A stretch of 63,210 nucleotides of DNA, the filler included, from Choristocarpus tenellus KU-1152 (taxonomy: Eukaryota; Protista; Phaeophyceae), in NCBI GenBank assembly GCA_964200185.2. It is 13 parts of 13 records of this genome, joined end to end, with 100 filler letters (N's around TTAATTAATTAA, not from the genome) between each part and the next. Parts side by side here need not be neighbours in the genome. Positions count along the whole stretch, not along the records: positions 31,091 to 41,128 come from CAXNAD020003189.1; positions 41,229 to 44,862 come from CAXNAD020018830.1; positions 44,963 to 48,882 come from CAXNAD020017140.1; positions 48,983 to 51,616 come from CAXNAD020026090.1; 9 more parts are not named here. The stretch is one strand, 5' to 3'. A model generated the notes under the pieces. The model was given only the letters and a program-made list of their open reading frames with translations. It was not told the origin of the DNA and made no database searches. Both the position numbers and the translations under genes were made by a program. Positions 40,793 to 51,716 of the stretch are shown here, in pieces; position 1 is the stretch's first letter; each line of letters starts with the position of its first letter.

Positions 40793-40990
40793 TATGAATC
40801 GTATGATTCTGTAGTGGTGTGGCTCACTTAGGCGCGGGTGGTGAAGAGAATCACCGGGCAAGACGGTCCAGACAGGACAAGATGAACTATAATTGAGAGG
40901 ATGAGGTTAACATGGGACAGACTGCATGAACTTTCAGAAACTTGTGGTTTGATGATAATCTCATGAGAGAGTGATCATTGCAATGTCAAG
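40793..40990 (+). repeat. Dispersed repeat, possible solo LTR (copy 2 of 3)
   Basis: Colinear with 15190-15390 over ~200 bp and with 51552-51616. Confidence 0.65.
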
Positions 40991-41058
40991 ACATGACAAC
41001 AAAGTGAATCTACAATGCTTGACAACTCTGATGAGGAGAGGTCCCTCATCTGTGGGAA

Positions 41059-41128
41059 GAGCCAAAGTATCTTAGAGGGTAGAGCTGCGTCCATTTGGAG
41101 GTCAAAATCCAATGTTGCGATTTTGATG
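41059..41128 (+). mobile_element. MITE family A fragment at contig end
   Basis: gagccaaagtatcttagagggtagagctgcgtccatttgg... Confidence 0.9.
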
Positions 41129-41399
41129 NNNNNNNNNNNNNNNNNNNNNNNNNNNNNNNNNNNNNNNNNNNNTTAATTAATTAANNNNNNNNNNNNNNNN
41201 NNNNNNNNNNNNNNNNNNNNNNNNNNNNCATTGCATGCCCCACCTAACTTTAATCAATCACTCTACAGACACCAAGCAATCTCGCTGGATTTATCACCCT
41301 TATCCTCTTTGATGATTTTGGGGATACTTTAACATATATCAGGTTTCCTCTACCTGGTATCACCCTTCCAGTTGAGGCTTTGGTATTGACCACCTTTGG

Positions 41400-42780
41400 G
41401 CTTGATGTCCTTCTCAATAACAGTGTTCTGGATTCCCTTTGAGCAACATATGACTGGCATGCTCAGACATCGTCCTTCAAAAAATGTTACACAAAATTGT
41501 ACCTCCCATACATCATACTGCCCACTCTTCTTCTGACATTTCACTTCCCCTTTTTAAAATAACACCTACACGTGCTCAAGTTCAGTCTGGCCCATTTCGC
41601 CTCAAGGAAAACAATTCCATTCCCCCGGAGTCAGAAAATCTTGTACCTACTGATAGTTTAAAACCCCATCCGTCACCTATAATGAGGCTTTAGAACCATG
41701 TATCTGTTCATTCCATGACGTCGATCCATTACATGCTAGGCAATTTGTTGCTATTGCTCGAACGGTGACAATATGGAATGCTAATGATGGGTTGGGGTTG
41801 GTCCAACTTGCTAACATGTCTCCCTAAACAGTCCATATAACAAAATATGCTTTGCTTGGTCACATCTACCCTGTAGATATAGTCAGCGCTAAACATGCTC
41901 ACATTAGTATTCTATCTTCAACATCTCTGCCTCAATCTGAATGAACTCGTCTCGACACTGCTCTGAAATCCACTTTCATCAGAACAGCTTTTTCACCCCC
42001 TCAAGTGCTGAAAACTCTGGATCTTTGTGCCAGATTCCATTCAGTGTTTTCCCACGATATGTCATAGTTGGGAACTTTCATGATTGCTGAAGCGGATATT
42101 CCCCTCGAACCAGGCACTAGACCTATTAACCAGGCACCACATCAAGTCAATCTACATGTCAGAGGTATCATAGATAAATGTGTTGAAGATTTGTGAAGCC
42201 AAGGAATCATTGAAGCTCGCTCTAGCCCTTGGGTATCTCCTTTTATTATCGTAGTCAAAGCGAATGGGACTCCGACATTCTTTAAAGATTATCGAAGGAC
42301 CATCAATACACACCTCATTAAATGTTACTGTCCCACACATTTGCTAAGGAGTGTGTAGATTCCATTGGTGCAGCAAAGATTCTCTCTGTCACAGATTTAC
42401 AAGTAACATATCATCAAATTCCTATGGCAGAAGCAGATATTGACAAGATTGCTTTTGTCATCCGTAAAGGCAACTTTGTATGGAAACGACTTCTTTTTGG
42501 ACTTAGCAATGTTCCATTTATTTGCCAATGCGTGATGGTTCAGGCTCTATCTGATTTTGGCACAGGGTCGGGTCTATTTCGCTATATGGATGGCCTCATT
42601 CTTTCCTGCCACTTGGAAATACCATATAGCTTGAGAAGCTTTTATCGTCCTTCAAATTGCTGCTCTTACTTCATAACCTTCCAAACTGAAGTTTGGCCAG
42701 GCAAAAGTTTAGTACCTTGGATATATCTTTGTGCAGATACCCATCTACTCCAAAATCTTTATAGTTTTCGTCACAAAAGG
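41400..42780 (+). mobile_element. Decayed Ty3/Gypsy pol (reverse transcriptase) relic
   Basis: SPWVSPFIIVVKANG...DYR, DLQVTYHQIPM...KIAF...FGLSNVP and YMDG (YxDD-like), with frameshifts and stops. Confidence 0.85.
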
Positions 42781-42781
42781 T

Positions 42782-43039
42782 GAGCCAAAGCATTTAAGAG
42801 GGTAGGGCTGCGTCGTTCAGGGTCATGAATCCAACGTCGCAATTTTGATGAATTTTGGCTATCGTATTTGTTAGCAGGTGTCAATATCCTTGCTCTGGAA
42901 ACACACCTTTCATAGTCATACACATTTTAGGTAACTGTATTCACAATGAAAACCGAAAAAGGGCATTAACGCCCGTGGGAAGCCAAGTCCTGAACGGACA
43001 AACAGGACAAAACTCCAACTCTCTTAAATGCTTTGGGTC
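42782..43039 (+). mobile_element. MITE family A, variant subfamily (258 bp)
   Basis: TIRs gagccaaagcatttaagag / ctcttaaatgctttgggtc; TSD ggt/ggt. Confidence 0.9.
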
Positions 43040-43211
43040 GGTTTGTGTATCTGGCATAATCGAAGAACAAGAAGAAAATGACTTGACCACTGACATAGCA
43101 AGCTGTACAATGTATTTTAGAGGTATTTGTTTGCATTCACCCTCAGCTCAAACATTTGGATGTGTATCCTGTTCCACTTGGTGCAACAAATCTATGTATT
43201 GCTGATGGTTT

Positions 43212-43472
43212 GAACCATTATCTTAGAGGGTACGAGTTTTGCCCTGTTTGTCCAATTGGGGCTTGGCTTCCCATTATTTTTTTTATGACATTTTCCTACT
43301 CCAAAATGTTTCGGAGTAGGTACAATGTATATAATAGGTTATGAAAAGATGTGTCCGAAACAAGGATATTGACACTTCCTAACAAAAGCAATGCCAAAAT
43401 TACATCAAAATCGCAACATCGGATTTTGGCCCCCAAATGGACGCGGCCCTACCCTCTAAGATACTTTGGGTG
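43212..43472 (-). mobile_element. MITE family A with a damaged left terminus
   Basis: The interior is colinear with other copies; possible aac/aac TSD. Confidence 0.88.
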
Positions 43473-43599
43473 AACCCCACTGCATATACGTGAATTTATT
43501 GTGTTGCACTTACACTTGGTGTCACCACATTGCCTGTTGAAACTTTAGTGATTCTTCAACTCGGTCCCAGTAAGATACTACTTGATAATCAGTGTCATG

Positions 43600-44822
43600 C
43601 AGGCCTTCGGTGCGATCCTTGATTGGCAAGAACAATGCTCGCGTTCCACAACAGCTTATGTACCATTCCAGCAAAACATCACATGATATGGAGCCCCACA
43701 AAACAAATGCGTGATACAAGTACCACTCCTTCGTGCTCTGTGGCGAGTGTACAACATGATTTTGACCCTGTACCCGTTCGTGTACATTAACTGTACAACA
43801 AACCAGCTGGTCATGAGATCACCGTACGTTTGACAACGGTTGATAGCCTATCCTTTGATACTGCAGTTGTAGTGGAGCCAGTCATACATTCCATGCCTGA
43901 CGTAGATCAACACAATGAACCCACACATCCATGGACTTGTATGTGGCTGCCCGCACTCTCAGTACTTGGTCAGTAAGAAATAGATCAGTATTGGTTCAAT
44001 TGGCAAACCCAACCAAATGTAGGGTTCGTATGAAGAAACATCTTGTCATTGGCCGTTTGACCCCAATTTCTGATCAGACACCCCTCTCAGCTAGTGCTCT
44101 GGATACTGATTCTGCCTCGTTCAGTGAAGCTAGATGGGAGCTACATCAAGCTTTCAGTAAGACAAAATGCGTTCAAAGATACCACATTCAATCAGTCACA
44201 AGTCCCTCAACTTTTAGGCCTGTGTGCTCGTTATAGATCGATGTTTTCGTTGAATGCAGCAGAACTGGGCAGATGTACTCTACCTAGAGCAGAAATCCCT
44301 ACAGAGCCTGCTACCAAGGCTGTTGATAACAACCCAGAACAAACCCTCGTATTCAACAAGTGATTGGCCTATGTGTTAACAGTATGGAAGAGCAAGGCAT
44401 CATTGAAAAGCGTGCCAGCCCTTGGGGTAGTCCTGTTACCATCATAGCCAAATCTGATGGCTCTCCAGAGTCAAATTATCTTAGAGGGTAGAGCCGCGCC
44501 CATTACAGAATCCGATGTTGCGATTTTGATGTAATGTTGGCTATCGTTTTTGTTAGCAAGTGTCAATATCCTTGTTCCGGACACACCTTTTTATAACATA
44601 CAAACTTTACCTACTCCGAAACATTGTGGAGTTGGAAAATGTCATGAAAAAACAATGGGAATCCAAACCCCACACGAACAAAGAGGGCAAAACTCGTACC
44701 CTCTGAGATACTTTCACTCTCCACGTTTCTGTGTAGACTACCACTCAACTGTTAACAAACACCTTGTTCGACAGATTTGGCCTGTGATTGATATGGAGTC
44801 TCATATTGATACCGTGGGTGGT
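43600..44822 (+). mobile_element. Decayed Ty3/Gypsy pol relic interrupted by two MITEs
   Basis: GIIEKRASPWGSPVTIIAKSDGSP|RFCVDY...VIDMESHIDTVGG; the RT frame is restored when the MITE at 44468-44719 is removed. Confidence 0.85.
44468..44719 (+). mobile_element. MITE family A, full length, inserted in Gypsy RT
   Basis: TIRs gagtcaaattatcttagagggta / taccctctgagatactttcactc; 4-bp TSD tcca/tcca. Confidence 0.93.
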
Positions 44823-44862
44823 GAGTCAAAGTATCTTAGAGGGTAGAGCCGCGTCCATTTGG
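44823..44862 (+). mobile_element. MITE family A fragment at contig end
   Basis: gagtcaaagtatcttagagggtagagccgcgtccatttgg. Confidence 0.9.
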
Positions 44863-45623
44863 NNNNNNNNNNNNNNNNNNNNNNNNNNNNNNNNNNNNNN
44901 NNNNNNTTAATTAATTAANNNNNNNNNNNNNNNNNNNNNNNNNNNNNNNNNNNNNNNNNNNNATGTGCGTTAATCTGTGAATTGGATTTGACTTGTACAT
45001 CCTGGAAAGGTGAGCATTGAGGGGCGCCTGTAACAAAAGAGGTCTACAGAGGTGAGGTATTAGTTAATGGAAGTAAGGCATATACGTCTATTTCAGCCAA
45101 GATTTCCACTAAGTGGACTTTGAATAGTGCACCATTTTTTTTTGCCCACTGATAATACTTTTAGGATCAGGATTGACATACTGTTTCGAGCATGGTGCGC
45201 TTGAGTTTAACTACTTCAACAGCAGTTGATCTTCAGGCTGGAAGAACTAAGAAATAAATGTGAATGTAGCTGATCTCTTCTCTTCTTAGTAGTTCCCTTC
45301 TCAAGTTGAAATCTACAGGTAGTACTAGCAGCTGAAACCAAGTTTGACTATGTAAGGTTGATTTAGTTACGAACTTCACAAGATCTTTTTCGAGGCTAGA
45401 CCTCTAAGGACAGCAAGATAATAATTTTCGCTCAGATGAGGCGCAAGCAACAGCAATGTTGTTCTCCATGAATTGAGTTGCGTATCAATATATTCATAAT
45501 CACATTCTAATTGTTCGGCACGTCAATGCTGGTTCACTCTACACATTTTAATCTTATAAAGACAAAAAGGAGAGAGCACGTCAACTCAAGTAGGCCGTGA
45601 TTATCTACCTGAGCCCTCCTATA

Positions 45624-47583
45624 GTGGTACCAGTAGCTTTGCCCTATAGGGTTGTCCCCTCAGAACGTTTGATATAACATCAGATTAAAAAAGTAAAAAG
45701 CACATTTGTCATGCCCGTCACAATGCCCTCCAGAGTACGGGGTTCGTTTTTTCCGCCATTTTCTTCTTTTTTTGAAGAAAGAGGGGTCATATTGGGGTTT
45801 GAACCCCGGATTGTAGGGTCGCCAAGAGTGGCAACAGATATACTATTACTTGATTGAAGTATAGGAATTAGGTGGGAAAAAAGCCTCCCCACCTTTTCTT
45901 CCTGTGTGTTCATATGCCCACTCTTTGACCTTTGGGAAGGATGTCCTTGTCGAGGCCTAGGACGAAACGCCTCTCATAGCACCCTTGCTCCGACACCTTG
46001 ATATGGCCCTTAGATAGGAAGTCTCTCTCTCATTTACTCACAGTTTCTGGCCTGACCATTGCATATTATCCTGCTGCCATCTCGAGTGCCGTTTGACGGT
46101 CTTTCCCGTCGTTCATACACACGTACAGGATTCGCAGTGTTAGAGCCTTAACTATCACATTTCCTTCTTGAGCGCCGGAAATGGGCATTGTCCGTGTTTC
46201 CTGGACGGGTGATGTTTTATCATCAAGGTGCAAGGGCGAGGGAGGATAGGCTTGAGTTGATCGAAAGTTGTGTTGATTTCTCAAATTAATGCAGGCTGGG
46301 AGAAAGCCTTAATCAACTTTATACACGTCCAACCCCAAGTCCAGGAACAAAAGTGAATGTACGGCATCTTGCCAGAAGTGGGAGACACCAAACCACTGGT
46401 GTACAAATAGTCTCAACCTCACCTCCTCTTCTTCCCTTGCGTCCTTGTTGATGGCTACCACCACCTGCTCTGCGACCTCTCCTAAGTAATGGATTTGGTG
46501 GTACCGAAAAAGTCTCCACAGCTGCCTTTGTTACGATCGCTTTCTCCTCCGCTTTGTGAGCCCTTTCGACCTTCTTTCGGGCTTCAGGGCCTTTATAGCC
46601 CAACCCTAACACCTTCTTTCTCGTTTCCTTAAGCCACTCTGACTCACACAGGTTCCAGACAGCCAGGGCCTGCTGCAACTGTCGACCACTAAGATACTCT
46701 ACACCCGGGTTTTTGCTTAGGTGTTTCCTGAGCACAATGGCACATAGTCGCACTGCTCTCTTCCCCAATCTTCCCTTTGGCCGGCCACCCCAGTTCTCCC
46801 TTCGCCCACCGTGACCAGGCTTCCCCACAGACTTCGTCCATGTACCACCTGGTGATGGACTCGCCACTCTCTTCCTGCTTTCCTGAAGCGGCAGAGACTG
46901 CAGAGCAGTGCTCCGATGTGGTTGAAGATAAAACCACTTTTGTGTGGTAATGCTTTCAATGCATCTTCTCTCAGTGTCAGCGTCACGGCTCCGTAATCCA
47001 TTTCACAATTTGATTATGCTCCTGCGCCACACTACTCGCACTTTCTCGTCACCTAACATCGCACTGAGTGTCACACGATACCTGCTTTTCCGTCGTCTCT
47101 CGACAGAGAAGGTGCCGGGAGTAGATCCAGGGGGAAGAGTGGCTCAGTGGCTCTCCTTTTCTCACCGTCGTGGTCCATGTTGCTGTGTAAGTCACATCTG
47201 TGTGTGTTCACAGAAAGTCTACAAAAGGCGTTAAAAGATGTCTGGAAATCTTGAGTTTTTTGTTCGGTATCGCCGCACCGGTCAAACTTGGGGAGTGACC
47301 TAACCCAGACCAGTTTTCTGCAAGGAGTTTAGCCAACCACTTCATTTTTGTCTGTTTTGAAGTTGTGACCTTCAAAATTGCACTGGAGATATTCCCCCGC
47401 GATTTTGCCATTCTTTGATCGGGACATAGCTCCCATTCCCCGAAGCCTGGACATTTGTGGATACAAACCTTCAAAAGCTCTTGTCATACCCTCTCATTTG
47501 GTATATACATTGTTGTATGACTGTTTTGGTGTTCCCGTGAAAAAAAGTACGATTACCACAGAGGGCGAAGCTACTGGTATCAC
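45624..47583 (-). mobile_element. ~1.96-kb TIR DNA transposon derivative (copy 1) with decayed HTH-like coding remnants
   Basis: TIRs gtggtaccagtagctttgccct / agggcgaagctactggtatcac. A minus-strand remnant reads ALEMAAG-YAMVRPETVSKWERDF...DKDIL-KVKEW. A second copy lies at 55659-57814. Confidence 0.85.
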
Positions 47584-48470
47584 ATTATGTGGTTATCTTA
47601 TTCTCAATAGTCTTAATAATAATTTCCTTGAGTACACGACACATGAGAAGAATCCACCCACCCACACTAAGGATCTATACGTGCACATTGACGTGATCCC
47701 GGTAACATTTACTGATTTGCTATATCCAGCTCAACACTAGACAGAAATGTCTATTTTTGGTGGGAGTAGCAGCAACAAAAATGATGGATATGTAAAGTAT
47801 TACACAAAGGATGACATCATACCAAATTTACCAAATGATGCGAATAATGAGCGAATACTTCTACAACAGAACAGAATTCAGTCCGTGTCGAGTGGACACA
47901 AGCTGAGGATAGTGTATCCACAATCAAGGAAGTGCCCTCACATATGGGATGTCCTTGATCTGTAACTCCCCGACTGCTACTACTGTGCACAATGAACGTA
48001 GTAAAGAAAAATATAGTGAAGTGTTGAGGATGTGTTACAGCGTGCCCCTCAGAACTCACCTCCACTGGATGTACAACTCAAATCCAACAACCTTAAAACG
48101 ACGCTATGTGGGCGTTACCCTTGATAACAGTTTGTAGGGTTTCAGGTGTCCTTCTCTTCTTGATATTCCACCCAGTGCTTAGCTTAAAGCTCGACTCAAA
48201 GTTTCGTTTAAGATAAAAGATAAAACTGGAGGCAAGTGGGATGGCTTTGGCCAAAATCCCTCTTATTATTTTCATCATCCACCCAATTTCTTTGGTCTTC
48301 TATGCAACTGCTCTACACGTGCTCCAATCATAAACCTTCTTCTGCAACTTCTTTTGGACTTTGACATTTCTTCTGTAATGTTACGTATGCATTCCGAATC
48401 TTACTCTGTATCTTCTACGAAATCATCATTTATTCTGTAAGGCTACCTATGTGTTGCTAATATCGTATAT

Positions 48471-48643
48471 TGTTCGCACTTGTTAGAACGCGAGAAACAA
48501 TCCTCTCACTATACGTCCGTCACAAATGTTCGTGTTTGCTAAAACATGAGAAGAAATGCTCGCGCTATTCGCGTGTAACAAATGCTCGCACTTCGTTAGA
48601 ACACAAGAAGAAAAGCTCGCACTATTCGCCTGTAACAGATGCA
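48471..48643 (+). repeat. 56-57-bp tandem repeat, 3 degenerate copies
   Basis: Unit ~tgYtcgcacttgttagaacacgagaagaaatgctcgcactattcgcctgtaacaaa. Confidence 0.8.
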
Positions 48644-48677
48644 CATACCCCCTGGAAATAGGTGTTACACTATAAGT

Positions 48678-48852
48678 GCCTCAAAGTATCTGGGGGGGGG
48701 TTGGCGGCTGTCCATTCGGGGCCCATTTTTCCATGTCGCGATTTTTGGGCAATTTGTTGCATGGGTCAGATGGATAATGTGCACTTCTCCTGGACAGGGC
48801 CCGAATGGACACCCTGGTGTAGACCTCCCCCCCCCCCCACATACTTTGAGTC
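48678..48852 (+). mobile_element. MITE family B, full length (175 bp)
   Basis: TIRs gcctcaaagtatctgggggggg / cccccccacatactttgagtc; TSD agt/agt. Confidence 0.92.
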
Positions 48853-49044
48853 AGTCCAAACCTTCAACAATATCATCCAAGTNNNNNNNNNNNNNNNNNN
48901 NNNNNNNNNNNNNNNNNNNNNNNNNNTTAATTAATTAANNNNNNNNNNNNNNNNNNNNNNNNNNNNNNNNNNNNNNNNNNNNAACCCCCCACCGCCGAAC
49001 AAAACACACCAAAAAAGAAAAAAACAAAAAAAGGGGGAAAAACG

Positions 49045-49087
49045 GCCCCCCCCCCCCCCCCCCCCCCCCCCCCACATACTTTGACCC
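49045..49087 (+). mobile_element. G-run MITE (family B/C-type) terminus
   Basis: A long C run followed by acatactttgaccc. Confidence 0.75.
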
Positions 49088-49566
49088 ATTAAAAAATTTA
49101 TCAATCACCAAGTACTCTTCTGGTACAATTCAAGTCTGCCTCCTACATGGTGGGACTGTTTCGTGAGGGAAGGGGCAAAAGAGCAAAGTGAGCAAGTTTA
49201 AAAGCAAAAAAAAGGTGGATGGAATTATCTTTTCTCTCTCTTTCCACCACTTGAGGTGGTCTTTCAAGTCTCGACTCCACTCCACTCCGCTCCCATTGTT
49301 CGCAGCTATCTTGCGTGGTTCTAGACTCAACAAAAATAAAACAAAAAAAATAAAACAAAAGACACGCTGAAAAAAATCCCTCATCAGGATCGCCTGGACT
49401 ACACTATGATGTCATTGCTGTGCGACCCCTGGATTCTTGCACACCCCACAACCGTACACAACTGTAGACTCGAATGTTCCAAATGTCCCCCCCTCCCCCT
49501 CACTCTCCATTCTGTCCTCTAGCCCCAATGTTGACTATGATGGTGCACCACCATTTACTTGCTTAC

Positions 49567-50985
49567 CTCGCAGTACTCCTCAAGCAGCAATCGTTCAGCT
49601 TCCAGGAGCTGATCGTATGACACATCTCGCCACCAGCGCCCATTCGCCACATACTGACAGGTTGACATCACAAGCGCCAGCCAAAGCCACACCACTCGTA
49701 GAGTCTCTTTTTACACAACGAAGGAGGGATGAGCAGGTCCAATCCAGGAGGAGAACAGAAACACAGTGATTACAACAAATTTTATTTTGAGATCTTTCTA
49801 AATTATCAACACAATAAAACTGAACATTGCCAACTGAACATTGCCAACTGAACCATTATGATGTTTTGCAATTAATATTTCTGCAATAATATGGGCCGAA
49901 TCGAGATTAACCATTCTGAACACTCAGGATCACCTCGAGTTGGTTCTTTCCTTTTAAAGTAGTATATTTCAATTCAGAAGCAGGCAACTCAAGGGTTAGG
50001 ATAGTGCATAATCAGGAGCCAATTGTCAAAATGTTCAAGAGATTTTTTAAGAGTAACAATAATTTTGGGGCTTGTTTGATGTCTCTGTATCCAGTGTTCT
50101 TGCCATCATTTCCTTGGCTTGCTACGTTTGTAAAAGGGTAGTAGTTCAAACTGTCATCGACAGTAATCTACTGCTTTGGGGATAATCTCCTCAAATCCTA
50201 GAGGGCAATGCACTTACCTTGAACGAAAGCCAGCTTCACGATAAGGAAAATTCCGACGGCAACAGCCAAAGGGAGGAGTGTTAACCGCCAAAATCTAGCT
50301 CTCCTTGTGCTTGGGGTTAAGACGCGGACGTAGAGCAAGGATGCTAACGCCGTTACGATCATCGCATCTATGTGCACACGAGGAATGATGGGTTAGGAAG
50401 ACGGGGGAAAGATGGTATGTCCATCACTGGAGTTAGGGCGATGGAAAAAATCTTCAATCAGGGCCAGTTGATAGGAGGATCTTTGGGGGTGCACTATCCG
50501 AAGGTGATGAGGAAGAGTGCAGCGACTCGGCATCGCAAGCGTTGATGCTGCTGTGTGCCATACAAAGTGATGCCAACAAATCATTGGTCGGGAACTGTTG
50601 GGGACTAATGTTCTTATGAGAGGAAAATTCAGACAAGGTCGCAAGAAAGTCCTCATGCTTACCAGCAATGATCTTGTCGAAGCCCGGAGAGTCAACTGGA
50701 TAAAGCCAAGTTGCGAGGGCAAATAGTAGCAGCAAAGCAACCCAGAGAAGAGAAAAAATAGTGCTTGGATGTTCTCTGGTGCAAAGCCACCCAAATAAGG
50801 TCCAAGTTAGGAGCAGTGTCACCACAAACGGGGCGAGCAGTACGGCCGCAATACCTGTCGCAACCTGCAATTCCGCCAGTATCAGGGTGATCAATGATGT
50901 GGTCTGTCATATTAGTCTCATTTCTATGAGCTGGTCATTCATTACGATTCAGACAAATCGATCTCACCTCTTTTGGTGTAGGCAT
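49567..50985 (-). CDS. Multi-pass membrane protein, probably the N-terminal part of an ABHD4/ABHD5-like alpha/beta hydrolase (partial)
   Basis: Candidate exons 50985-50968, 50903-~50564, ~50367-50218 and ~49705-49567 splice in frame into several TM segments followed by GRWWRDVSYDQLLEAERLLL. That segment resembles the W...S---L--AE--LL region preceding the ABHD4/5 hydrolase domain. The catalytic part was not seen. Confidence 0.5.
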
Positions 50986-51551
50986 GGGTATCTGTCCCCG
51001 TATCGTACACAAGTTCCAGTGACAAGGTATTATTTCAAAATACAGTCGAGCCAAGTGTTGACTTGCAGTTGTAGTTGGTGTAAGAGCTTTTGGTGCTACT
51101 TGGGATGAGCTTTGTTCCCTCGCTCATCACCTATCACAATGCATCAGCAATGTCAGAAGACTGAACCACGTTTAAACAATAAATGCGATGCTGTTATGTG
51201 ATGTTTTACATCACAACTCCATCCATTAAACAATACTCTTACTGAAGTGTTCTCTCTTCAACTATCATCGTTCAAACATGTGTATCTACTTCATTATTAT
51301 GCCCTCTGACATTTTGTAGATATATCTATATTAATACTGTAATACGGACTAATCTAAGATATTTCCCGTCTAAAATGTCCCACTAACTATTTATATATAT
51401 TATTATCATTATCACTAACTTGTAAAGATATATTATTACCTAGATATTTCCCATCGAAAATGTCCTACTATTTCCATAAAATATAATCATATTATGCCCT
51501 CTGACATTTTGCTTACATGTCAAGGGGAAAAGAAATGAAAACTGTACATAA

Positions 51552-51616
51552 TGTGAATCGTGTGATTCTGTGGCGGCGTGGTTCACTCAGGCAAGGGTGG
51601 CGAAGAGAATCACAGG
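51552..51616 (+). repeat. Dispersed repeat, possible LTR start (copy 3 of 3), truncated by contig end
   Basis: Begins tgtgaatcgtgtgattct; the TG start is typical of LTRs. Confidence 0.65.
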
Positions 51617-51716
51617 NNNNNNNNNNNNNNNNNNNNNNNNNNNNNNNNNNNNNNNNNNNNTTAATTAATTAANNNNNNNNNNNNNNNNNNNNNNNNNNNN
51701 NNNNNNNNNNNNNNNN

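Noticed and set aside
45624-47583. The 2-kb TIR element as the autonomous partner of the MITEs
   Set aside because: Its TIR sequence is unrelated to the MITE termini and it has no visible catalytic domain.
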